From the NCBI RefSeq assembly GCF_024521635.1, contig NW_026250419.1, positions 434,001 through 498,000 of the forward strand: a DNA stretch of 64,000 nt, written 5' to 3'. The translations under genes were made by a program, and so were the position numbers. The DNA is from Tricharina praecox (lineage: Eukaryota). Shown here one piece after another: positions 41,046 to 53,238 of this stretch; position 1 is the stretch's first letter, and the number at the start of each line of letters is the position of its first letter. The notes below the pieces were generated by a model that saw only the letters and a list, made by a program, of their open reading frames with translations, was not told where the DNA came from and searched no databases.

Positions 41046-41445
41046 CAGTGTTCGACATAGTCCGGTCCGGACTACAGTCCATGGATTTCGTGGACTAGGT
41101 GCGGACTGCAGTCGACTACAGTCCGATTTGCACTCGGTTCCACTTATGACTGGAGAAAAAAAAACACCTCTGAGTGCTGACCTATCACGTGACATTCCAG
41201 CACGCTCTTTTCTTCGACCGTGCGTTACTTTGGCGCGATTTTGCCAGTGCTAGAAGAAAAAACTTTCTTCATCTCTCGGTATTCGACTGCAGTCGACTGT
41301 AGTCCGTCCTGCCGTCAATTTTTTTGGACTACCTAGTCCGTCCAAAAACCGCACCCGGACAGACTGCCGAGATACTATAAAGTCCAGTCCGAGGCTCAGG
41401 ACGAACGGACGGACTGGAATAGGCGCCTAGATATGTCGAACACTG
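41046..41445. mobile_element. Non-autonomous DNA transposon / MITE-like element (400 bp, 14-bp perfect TIR)
   Basis: CAGTGTTCGACATA at 41046-41059 and its exact reverse complement TATGTCGAACACTG at 41432-41445. There are many subterminal GGACT/AGTCC and GACT(A/G)CAGTC repeats and no coding capacity. No perfect TSD is visible. Confidence 0.7.
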
Positions 41446-44400
41446 AGCAGTTGTGTTGGTTCGATACCCGGCGGCGGCATATGTCCGGGTGAGTAGTCCT
41501 GGAATATAGATATGAAACATTCATCCAGGGCATTTGGAATATGGAAACAAAATTAAAAATTGTTTGTTGCATGGATGATGAGCTCAGATTTGCTACCGTA
41601 TTTTTAAGATAATGGTAGTGATATGGTATAAGTACAGTCAAAATACGTGTTTTTTATGCCCTGATACGATATCAATATGCGTCCAGCGAGAAACAACGTT
41701 TTTATTACCCGCCCTTAAACTATGCAGTATCTACAGGTCAAGTCCTTTTCTTTTTCCTATTCCTCCCTTTCTCCTTAAACTCAACCCGAGCCTGGTTTCC
41801 GCATTGCTGGCCCGGGGGTAGATAGGCGTCAAGATATTTGATTTCAGTGCCGTGTTACATAGGTAGTCTACAAAATTTCCGCTACGCCCCCTCCTCCTAT
41901 CATAGTCCTAAACGTTATTGAAGGGGGAGCTTTGACCTCTTCTCACTGACCGTCAAATCTGAGAGAGAGACTCGGGAGTCGGGACCCAATCCTCTTTATC
42001 GAAATCGCTAACTAGTACGTGCATTACCTACTAGGTATTAGCGTTCTCTCTCTTTCTCCCCACTCCCCACTCCCCACTCCCCACTCCAACCTCTCCACTC
42101 TAACGTCTCTACTCTAACCGAGAAACCGAAATCTGATATTTGACGTGATGTTGAAGGTTCGACCCCACTTCGGGACTTTCGGCGGCGGTTCACGGTTCAC
42201 GGCCTGCAGCCTACGGATCAATGGCATAGGTAGCAGTGGAGTTCCAACCGTCCGTCCCTCGAGACCGAACCTTCCAGCAGTAGTCAAGTATCTACAAACC
42301 TACTTACCTACCTATCTACTGCTATGAAGCGAAAGAGAGGCTGGGCAGTGGGCTGGGCTGGGCCTCAGGCAGTCTTCCGTCCTGCCTGGGCGAACATATG
42401 CTGGTCCCGCTGCCGGTAGAGCACCTACTATAGAGTGATCAGCTGCACATAACTTACATGTGACTATGTGACTATGTGGTGCGGTGCAGTGCGGTGGCCT
42501 GCCAATCAATACGGTAGATCGCCCATTCATCCATCAAGCGGGCTGCGGGCGTTGAATGGATTGGGGTGAATGGAAGTGGGTGTCGTCAATGCTCACTAAA
42601 TTACTCACTGTTCAGACGACAGCACTGAGGGAGGATACAACTGGTGCGGGTGTGCCGGCGTTCCGCACACCCTTGAGCGGAGCGGATGGCGTTGCGTTGC
42701 AAGACCATTCTGTGACAACGGGCTTTCCTGCCTCCCGCTCTCTCGTCCGTTTGATACACCTAGGTAGGTAGACTACGGTACTGTGTAGGTCGTCGTCCTC
42801 GATGGGAAGGAAGAAAGGAAGGAAAAAGCCCCGAAGGCTCCGAAAGGGTTGCTTTGCTCTGCGCTGGTCAAAATCTCGGTCATACCATTTTATTTGACAT
42901 CAGGCCCAGACCTCCGAACCATATTTGGCACACCCACTTCAGTTCCCAAGTATAGGTAGGTATCCAGAACCTGCTCGATCTATTCCTCCCAACACCATCC
43001 CGTCTCCTTATGTGCTCGCCGACAGGCTCATCGCTCACAGTACTGCCGTCACAACTCACGTCACCCCTAGGGGATCGAAAAGTCAATTCTTGGACTTCTC
43101 CATCCAGATAGACACTGCCACGATGGACCGGAGGGCCCGGAGGCACAATCAACCTAAACCAACCCCCTACCTACTATTCTACCTGCTAAATTGCGAACAG
43201 ATAGACAGATGACTTCTTTTCCCTGATAGGATAGACTGGGAGTGCGAACATGGCATGTACCTGCCTCTTGCTTCGTTCTACTCTTTCCTCATGGTACAGT
43301 CAACCTTCGATCTTCGCACGATGAAATAGCTGTGCATAACCATGTTGGACAGTGGCTGGCAGTCGTTTGGGATGGTTGGGTTCTGCCAGGACCAGGACCG
43401 CAGGACAAATCAGATCTTGCTTCGCGATGAGCTGAGGACAGATTCCGCTCCGGCCTTCTCCTCAGCAGCCCTGTTCACTGGGTGGCGACGGAGTACCCAG
43501 AAGTAGATATATGTGATGTCGATTCAACGGGGAGTGTACGGTAGATATTGCTCCGGGGGTAGGTAATCCACTTGGATGCGCCCCCCTCCCCCATCTGTGC
43601 GATTCTAAAATGATTAGCCGAACTATACGGAGCCTTAGACTGCGGCCTGCGGAACTACATACCGATAAGTCCCCGATTCGGATCGGTGGTGGGACAGTCA
43701 GTCTCTGCTCGATACCGTACCGTATGCACATATGTACTCGAAATACATATGCCACCACCACCATACATACGGCCGTCCGTATGTGTAGAGCCTTCCTGCA
43801 AGTACAGCAAGGTCGCCTCCTCAAACGCCGCATCATACTCATGGGCGAAAAAATAATAATCAAGCGTCGTCCCACCACATCCACATCCACATCCATTTTC
43901 CGTCGTGCGTATGTATGTATGTATGTGGGTATGTATGTATGCGTCTCGCCTGCATAAAGATGAGCACGACTGACTCCCAAGTGCGTGGAGCCGAAAATCT
44001 CGTTTCTTTATCGTTATCCCTCCGCCGCCGCCGAAGTTAGCCTGGATCACGGCATCATGCACGCCGCCGCCTCCCGCTTTATTTACGCGCTGTTACCGAC
44101 GACGACAGAAAGGTAGGTACTTGGGTAGGTACTTAGGTAGGTAGATATGTAGGGTGTGCTGTTGCACCGCTTCAGATTCACCCGAAGGTTGCCGCTCGAA
44201 TCTCGATTGCCAGCAAATCCATCCATCCATTCCATTCCGGACGGCGGGGCGGGGGTATTCCCCGGCTTTCCCCTCTTCTACCAGAGGAGGAGGAATAAGA
44301 GCAGTAAATCCTTTCCTTCCTTCCTTTCAGTCAGTGCCTACACCTACTTACCTGCCCCCGAAACCTGTTCCCACCATCTATCCATCCACTGCATGACATG

Positions 44401-46065
44401 TGACAGCCATGGCCGGCCGGCCGGTTGGCGTTTCTGACGTTTCTGACGTTTCTACCTGTAGCCGAAACACTTTCCTATGTCTGTACCTACCCAATGGAAC
44501 GATTCAGAGCTAACCTGTCCCCCCCCCCCCCCCCTCCCGCCCCCCGCCCGCCAACGAAGGCGGAAAACGAAAAACCTCCTGTCCGGTGCTGACATTCCCT
44601 ACAAGCACATATCATCTAGGCGTATCAACCCCATAACTATCTATGACACCAGCCAGTACCGTAGCCAGCTCCAGCTCCTCAATCTGCTACCTTTACCTTC
44701 ACCCTCCCCTACCTACCCTACCTCTCACCTCTCACCACCCACCACCCACCATTCTCGGAGTTCGGAGTTCGGAGTTTCCTACTGGCCAGGATTCTGACTT
44801 CGAAGAGCCAACCCGTGAGCGAGCGGAATTCGAGATGCCGCTATAGTAGTTACTACGGGTGGCTGGCTGGGAGCTGTGGGCAAATCGATCTGCGGCGGGA
44901 CTCGTACCCATAGGTTGGATTTGGTTGACTTTCTGGAGGGATCCTCAGCAGAGAATGGCAAGGCCAGGTCAGGGGTGGTCTAAGTGCATGCAAGTTTTTT
45001 TCTTAATGATTGGAGGTCGGGGCCGGCCGAGTGATACCTTGTGTGGAAGACCGTCTCGGAAACTGGAGTTCATACTTGCAAGTTATATCACCCGTTGCTT
45101 TTCGTTGAGTGGGTTTGGCGATTCCAGTAACTAGAGTTTGCGTCTACGGTAACCACGGTCCATCTAGCATAATATACCCGCAGCCCGCTATGTCACGCTC
45201 ATTTTTCCGTAGTTTCCCGACGGAAAATAGACAATGTGGTTCCAAAATTCATCACCCGGCCCCAAGTCTCAGGTTCCCGTCGGATGTCGTCACTAGCCAA
45301 ATCCGTGTGGTTAGGGACCTGAGGTTGAGTATATATAGTTACTGATCCGAATCTACTTAATGCCATCCGAATCCACTTCGCCAGCCGCAGCTGCCGTGGC
45401 TACCGCGGCCCTGGGGCGTATCCTTCCGACCCGTGCCACTGCCGAGCGCATCCCGGCCGCACCGAGGGGGAAAATACATCTCCGCGCAGCTAGTGCGGTG
45501 CCGCCCAGCCCCGAGCCACAAGGGATCCTCCGATCACTCGATGCTCCGGCCAACTCGCCCCTCCCCCTAGGGTCCAGGTAATGGGACAAGTCGGATTCAA
45601 TTGAATTCGAGTCTGCATGTAAACTGGCTATTAGCAAAAAGTGCGGCTCATTTTCACTGGAAATTCAGGCTTCTGCCAGGGAATGATTGGCCTTTTTTCC
45701 TCATAGCGTACAAGTTGCAATGTTTATTTGGGCGGAGCCAAGTCAATGGGCGGTTGGTAGTAATTGCGGCCAGTTTAAAATGGTCAAATTGGGCTATTCT
45801 ACATAATTTCGCTGTAAATACTCACGGTGATGATCATTGATCCCCACCGACCATTCGCCATCGAGTATGTAGCTCCACGGTAAATTCCTAAGCCGAGGAG
45901 GTGGTCCTACGTGTTAATGCCATGCTTAGGAAGCACCGATTAGTATCCGAACCAGGGGGAAAGAAAAAAAATCCTCAAAAATGAAAAAAAGCCTTGATTA
46001 TCTTGAGTCCGGGCCGATCACCGCATAACCATCTGGGGGGAGAGGGGACTATTCGTAACCACCGC

Positions 46066-47547
46066 CTATTTCTTCCTACCCTCGTCCTTCCTGCCCTCGT
46101 CTTTCTCGACCTCGTCCAGCCAGCGGGGGGGAAGGTACCTGACGACCTCCTTGGCATCGAACCTCTCACTCGGCAGCAGCCTAAAGATGCCGATCATGAC
46201 GTGTCTGAACCACTCGAACTCCTCACCGCCCATGCCGTGTACACCCTCTCTATGCATCCTCGCATAGCAAATCCTCGAGATGAGATCGCTGCCCTTGGGG
46301 ACAGCACCGCCGTCAGCAGCCATGTGATGCATCAGGTGTCCGTACTCGTTGAAATACCGCGCGCGATCGCTCCACCGGCTCCACCATGGCTCAGGCAGCT
46401 TCGCGAAACACAATGTCAGGTCGATCAGCGTGTCCTGGTAGCACCCCGTCAGCGGCACCCACATGTAGTTGTTGCTGAATATGTGATGCAGAACGCAACC
46501 TAAAGACCAGATGTCGCACGCGGGAGTGAGCACGTCGTGACATTGAATCTCCGGCGACGCGAACGATGGCTGCGTCAGGATCGTCTTATGGACCTCGTCG
46601 CCTTCGATATAGTAGAAGGCGGTATTGAAGGTGCTGCGAGGGGGGTGGGTTAGTGAGGGGAGAAGAGAGGTGGGCGAGAGGCGTACGTTATCTTGATGCC
46701 CGGAGACTCGAGGCAGAGCGAGGTTAGCTGGATCAGCGGCGGGCTCTCGACGAGGTACTCTGGGCGCTGCGGACTCGGCCGCGGCTCGTACCGGCGGCCG
46801 CCGAAGCGGTGGCGGTTGCACAGGTCCTGCATTATTAACTTGCTGGGCTCTCCGAAGTACTTACGCAGCTCCTCGGGGGTCCACGAGTCGACGCCGGGGA
46901 TGGTCAGGGAGAACTTCCTAGGATTGAGACCTAGTGGGGAAATCGTGAGCAGCAGACATCATCACACGGTCGAACAGCGGCCGGGGGACAGGAAGTATGT
47001 GTATAGGTAACCTACTACCATGGACTACCTGGCGGGAATGTAGTTCGGCCACCGCATGGACCATCTTGACCCCGATCTTGCGCGCCGCGTTCATAGGAAA
47101 CTCAAACTCCTGTACGGGATCCTCCATGAGATCACCGATGCTGTTACCTAGCACCTCGCTGACAATACAGCGGTGATCGCCATTAGGTCCAGAAATGGTG
47201 AAGTGATCCAGAAGCGCGGGGAAGAACGAGGCTTGAGGCTTGGGCTGGTCCTGCACCCACAGACCACCCAGCCGCTGCCATACCGAACGAGGCGGCGCTG
47301 GCTCTGGTCGCAGGTGGAACAAAACTTCGGCTTCAGTATAACCTTCTTCCGAGACGGCGGCAATAAAGATCCGGATCGAGACAAGCCGGTTCTTTTTGAG
47401 GTCGCGAGCTACCCAAGTCGTGGACCGGCTGTCGTGGCGCAGCTTGTGCTCAATCACATAGCGCTCGTAGATGCGGTCTCGAAGATGCACCGGGTGGTAG
47501 CCTCCTCGGCGATAGAGAAGTATGCTTTCGGTGCTAAATGGGGCCAT
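46066..47547 (-). CDS. SRPK-like (fungal CMGC/SRPK-related) protein kinase fold, probably catalytically inactive, about 447 aa, 3 exons
   Basis: Exons 47547-47016, 46930-46687 and 46633-46066 (1344 nt, in frame). Family motifs YRRGGYHPVHLRD, RY.IEHKL, LLDHFTISGPNGDHRCIVSEVLG, SPE, CDIWSLGC, LPEPWW and LPSERF. Catalytic residues are substituted (see findings). Confidence 0.88.
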
Positions 47548-50500
47548 GCGTGCGGTGTTGTATAGATAAATTGTTTGGTGCTGTACAGTGTGAGGATTGA
47601 AGTGCTCGGCGGCTTCTTCAACTCGAGAGTCTACCGAACTAGTGAGTTTTAAATATCGTCTTATCTTATCTTATATCGCATCACCCTGCTTCGATTGTAC
47701 TGGTTTTTGGTTGCGGCTCCCTTAAATATTCCAAGCTCGTTCGTCTACCTATCGTATTCTCACTCACCAATTATCACTGCACGCACCGCACCGCACCGCT
47801 TCGCGTTCGGATGTGGCATGGGGAGGATTCGAACAGGTGACTCTTCACCACTTACTTCGCACCAGAATTGGCGACAGTTCAACTCTGCTGGCAGCAACCC
47901 AACGAGCCTTAACTTAAACATACATATGCACCACAGGTCCAGAGGTCCACAGAAAGTTATGCAACACCAGGGTAGTTGGCCGGCTGGTGTTACTGATTCC
48001 CACGGCTATATTGCAAGCCTAGCTACTCTATATGTGCACCTGGGGAAGCGTTGTACTAAGGTAAGCAGAGTAATATACTAACTGGCTACCTACCTAGCTT
48101 TGGTTGCTATGTATGTGGTTACCGGGGGCGCGCAGAAGTAAAGTGGCAAGCACACTCCCCACTACCTGCGGTACCTACTTGAGCCGACTGATACCATTGG
48201 GAAAGCTGCACGATGTCAGGAGATACCGTATGTAGTTGTCGGCAACTGCTAGCGCTGCGGGGCTTCCGAACTGGCCTATGTAAGTATGTAATCGGTCTAC
48301 TCCGAGCCAATCCAACTTTCCCTCCACGAGCAGTCGAACATCACGGCCGAATGGTTAGTTAGCAGCTGGATAGTTGCATCTTCTCTTTGTATGTACCGTA
48401 CCACACCACACCATGCCATACCAGACCCACCTACCTACATAAACGCACGCGAGCCCGTACCCCGCGTGGGGGCCAAAGAAAGAACAGGCAAGGTCCCCCC
48501 AGCCCCATTGTACTCACACGCCATTAGTTAATCGCCGTAACACGCGAGACGCAGCTCAGTTATCGATAACACACAACCACAATATTGCGGATGATCATCT
48601 GCACGGTTGCTGCGTGCTGGTTCTGCTCACTCACATAGCCTCGGCCGTGTTGGGTATATAGAGCTCCCCGCAAGCTCCATTCACTGCCTGGAAACAACAA
48701 CGAAAATCAAAATTGGTTGAACATTACGGCCCGGCTGTGGAGGGAGTGTGTTGGTTGGGGAAGTGACCGGCGGCTGTTATCTTGGTGGTTGTGGGGGTAC
48801 ATTGTACCTAGGCGGATGAGACAAGACAGCTGGTTACTACCGTACCAGGTGCTGCGAGCGAACTTTGGACCGGGGAAGGGACGGTTCGTATATGACTTTC
48901 ATACACACATACATACGACGGCGCCTTGTCCGCACGGTGCACGGTGCTGCAACCATGATGGTGCCGTAGGTACATACGCATATATATCACTTGGACCACC
49001 TGCAAAGCTCGTCACAACGCCACTTCGGCCTATAGTTACCGGTATTCCGAACCTCGCTCGTGGTGGACGGTCACGCACTCATCGTTGGATTGGGCTCACT
49101 CTATATAGTAGTACGAGCATGCCTTCAGAGTGCACATATCTGAGGCCCTCCAGGTAGCTTTTCTGGTGCTCAAACAGCCCTTTAGAGGCAATCGAAATAT
49201 CCCTCAATGGGCGTTTCAAATACCTTATGGACCGCATCATGTCTGTCTGTTGGCTCACCCGTCGCCGTCTCCAACGTCGCTGGCAATAGTTTACCTATGT
49301 GGGTATCCGCTCGCTCGCTGTGCGATGTCTACATACATATGAGACATAATGTAACATAACCACAACGCCACATCTTTTATCACCGGCGTTAACTACCTAG
49401 GTACCTATCTGCAGTGCGTCTGGCGCCGACTCACTACCTATAACTAAGTACTCAGCTAACTACTTACCGCCGAAAAGAGATATTGGCTACATAGAGTTCC
49501 CAAAGCATGTTGGTCGTGCTCCTGTTCTGTTCCTTCCTTCATCTACATACAGACAACGGCAAGGGGCCTCCGGTACCGAATTGCCGTGAATGGAAGACGA
49601 CAGCACGTTTGAAAATGTCTCGGAAGGGACGGGAAGTTTTTTTGCTGGTTGAAATTATAGTAAAGAGTCAAGACAGCGTGCGGAGCGGGCGAGACACTGC
49701 ATACGAGCCACCTTCGCCTATATAGGTATAATTCTCAGTACGGCCACGATACCGTATGCCGCATGCGGCAGAATATTCAATACCACCCAACGGCAAGTAT
49801 TTGGGGGATTTAGTGCCCGTCGGGATATCGACGGGATCTCCGTCTTCTCTGTGTCTCGAACCTCCTCATAGGTATCTATTCGATCGAAGCCGAAACATAG
49901 TAGCCGGCAATATGTAAATCACAGCGTCGCAACTCGTGCTACTACCACCAACGCCTTAGGCCATGGTCATGACTACATACCTAGCTATCGTCAGTTACAG
50001 TCGTGTGTACCTACATATGCCTGGGGCGGCGCGGCCGGAGAAGTGCCGACGAAATACATGCGTGGAGTACGGTATATATAGGCAAGGCCTGCATGCGGGC
50101 CGGCAATCCTCATTTCTCGGGAGTAGAGTACGGTAGAGTATAGTAGGTGATACGTGACGTCGAAAGCACCTTGACAGCTACAGCACAACATCCCGCTCGT
50201 CTTGATCGAACTTACCGAAACGTACGTACGTCCAGTGGTAGAAATGCCGGACCGGAATGGTTCACCTCGTAACCTGGAGGCTGGGATATGATGACTACGT
50301 ACGTACCATACCATCGGATCGTTATGACTGACCTGAGCTGCCAATGGCCATTACGGGGCACTGATACTTTTGTTTCGGGGGGCTGTATTGTTTTTTTACC
50401 ATGTAGTTAGAGGGTTGCTCGATGCGATTGCCGAATATAGTATGTAGAGTACCTGTTAGCGCTATTATACCAGGTAGACGGCGTCTGTCCCGTATATACT

Positions 50501-53194
50501 CATATATCTCCTTCGTATGCGAAATAATCAAGTGTCGCAAATCACCCTGGAGTAGAGTAATCAACCGCTGTTCCATGATTAGTGAGTGCCATGGAGGGAT
50601 TGGAGAACCCAACTACTATATGTATGCTAAATACATACAAATACCGGTAGATAGCTACGCTGAAGAATAACCCTGCAGAGGATCACAATTTTCCGTGGCT
50701 ATATGTATATGTAGTACGTACGTACATTCCTACCTACATAGAACCGTCCAAGCCGAGGAGAAGGAGGAGGAAGAGGAGGAGGATCATTCCAATTTACCGG
50801 TACTGTACACTGCTGACAAGCCTGCATGTGACCGTAAGTAATGCAGCATTACAGCAGGATAGGGGCAAATGGCACAGTGGGACCTTCATATGGATATTTA
50901 TCAGATAATACCCAAGTAGGTAGTAGAAACGGTACTTACTCCACTTATATATGTATATAGAGGATGAAGCTCGTAACGAGCCGTCATTTACCACGTTCGG
51001 CAGCTCCGACGTTGTGTAGTGCTATGTGGTGCTGTGTTGTGTTCAGCCGTCGCGGCCGGTTTATCCGCAAGTTCAAGCCACACCCCTTATACCGGTACCG
51101 TGGGTACATATCGTCGGTATTGTGGGTAATCCACCCCGCCACTTCGGTGGTTCCGTCTCTTCCTCCTGAGCAGTTCGGCATCGCCGGTGCACTACGGCTG
51201 CCTCCCGAGTCTTGACTCGAGCCTTTCCCGCCGATACATGCTCACGAGTCACGCCTGCAGGCAGCGGGAGATTCCGTCCTGAGTCCGGTATGGTATCGTG
51301 GCCTTGCTCGGATCGGAATGGGGTTCGAAGGAATGGAGAGGATCAAGTGACATTGAGAGCACCAGCCGGGTTTATACTCGGGTGCGAAGTGGATACCGGA
51401 TTGTGCGGGTGATCCTTAGTTGTACACTACATACATGGCGCTGGGTATGTCTCGGGCACTTTCGAATCTGCTATACATATGGGGCTGGTGGTTGATTATG
51501 ATGGGTATAGCAGAGTTCAAGGGGGCGGATCAACTGGTGAGTAGAGTCTACCGTACATTCCCTTCGCCACATTCTGCTGCAGACTGCAGTAACCAACCGG
51601 TTAACTAGGTAGGAAGTTAGCCATAACCTCGAGGACCCTACACCGAGCCGGCGTGGCCGACGTGACCGGTGCAAAAAAGAAGATGGCAGTACCTTCCTAC
51701 CTACCGTACCCACCAGACGTCCAGATCCTTAATCCATCACAAATCACAACCCCTCACTCAACCTCAGGCTGACCGGCTAACGGGACCTTCCCCCTCGCCC
51801 CTTGTCCCCAACTCCACGACGTTCTGCCCGAAAGCAGAAGGCGTGTCTCAATGACTAGATCCTCCATTCTTGGCCTCATAAGACAGCGTCCAGTAGAGTA
51901 TTATTCTAGGAGAACTTCCCGCACGCGCCGTAATATCGGTATGTATGTGCTTGCCTTGTTGCGCATCGCTAAGGCCCCCCAAGAAATGTGAATACTCATC
52001 CGCGGAACTGCGAACAACTACCTATGGGTATATGTTGCATGCAGGCGCAGGTCCCGGGGGCATACTGTACATAAATGGGAAGAGTAGACTACGGTAGGTA
52101 GTCGAGAGTATAGTACTATAATAGTAGCTAGGCCGGATGGTGTCGCTCGTTGATCAGCGGGCTGCAGACAATGGACATCACCGTGCTGTTTTTCCCTTGC
52201 CTTTGTCCCCCCTCATCGCATGCGGGAAAAGTGGGTTCTGCTCGAGGTCTATGTGCTCTACCGGCAGGGGGTGGGGAACGTACACTGCTGTGCACATATA
52301 TATCCATACGGTAATAGAGTACCGTAGGTATGCGGATATATGATGTGATACCGTATCGCCTCTGGCCAAGACCGCAATCTCAAGCCGCCGCCTCCCCGCC
52401 GTCGCCGTCGCCGTCGCCGTCGCAGTCGGACACGAAATCCAGCGGTAACTAGAGTAGGCATGATACATAACTACAGCTCTGCATGCGTCAACTAGTTACT
52501 ACGGAGCGCAGCACGAGCACGCGGAAACGTGGCACCATCACAAGCGAAACGCCGGCGTCACTTGGAGTCTTGGGGCCCTCACATCGACGAGACGAGACAG
52601 GATGAGACAGGATGAGGATGGGGCTCGTTAAGAGGTATGTGGTTAGCAGCTACGAGAAATACCGGTATATGTAGGTGACTACTAGCAGGTGGTTACTTGA
52701 CTAACTACTAATGACTATCCGCCCCACCTGCTTAGAGCAGTAGTTAAGCCAAGACTGCCGCCGCCAGACACACACCCACACACACAACATACATGTGATC
52801 TGTATCTATCCGCCGGCTTAACAGCGTACCAAGTACACATATCCAGGTGCCTCACTGCATTCGTTCTGGCCAGTTTTTCCTCTTTTTTTCCTTTTTTCCT
52901 TCTCTCTTTCCTTGCAAGTTGCAGGTCGGAATTTAACTAATGATGCAGACGGCCTCATTGGATCCGTACTATGTAATAGTTAATGGATCAGTTCAGTTCA
53001 GTTCGCTCGCGATTCCATTAGATTCGATTCCGGCTGGATTGCCTGAAGCCCGTGGGTGGCGGGACGGGGTTGCTTCCGTGCATTCGTACATTCATGCTCT
53101 GTGCTCCGTGGTTTTCTTTTCTTTTCGTACATTTCTTTTCGTGCATACCTCTCCCTCTCTCGTCAGCAGGCACGCCCGGATTCACGGGCGGACC

Positions 53195-53238
53195 AATACC
53201 GGTGGTTAACTAATACCGGTGGTTAACTAACACCGGTG
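53195..53238. repeat. 17-bp tandem repeat (AATACCGGTGGTTAACT) x about 2.6
   Basis: Two exact copies at 53195 and 53212 plus a partial third; each unit contains the palindromes ACCGGT and GTTAAC. Confidence 0.85.

Noticed and set aside
42150..42185. GGTTCGA T-loop-like motif (tRNA/SINE)
   Set aside because: No cloverleaf, acceptor stem or A-box upstream.
45360..45581. 73-aa Ala/Pro-rich ATG ORF with a nearby TATATA
   Set aside because: Could arise by chance in a GC-rich patch; no homology evidence.
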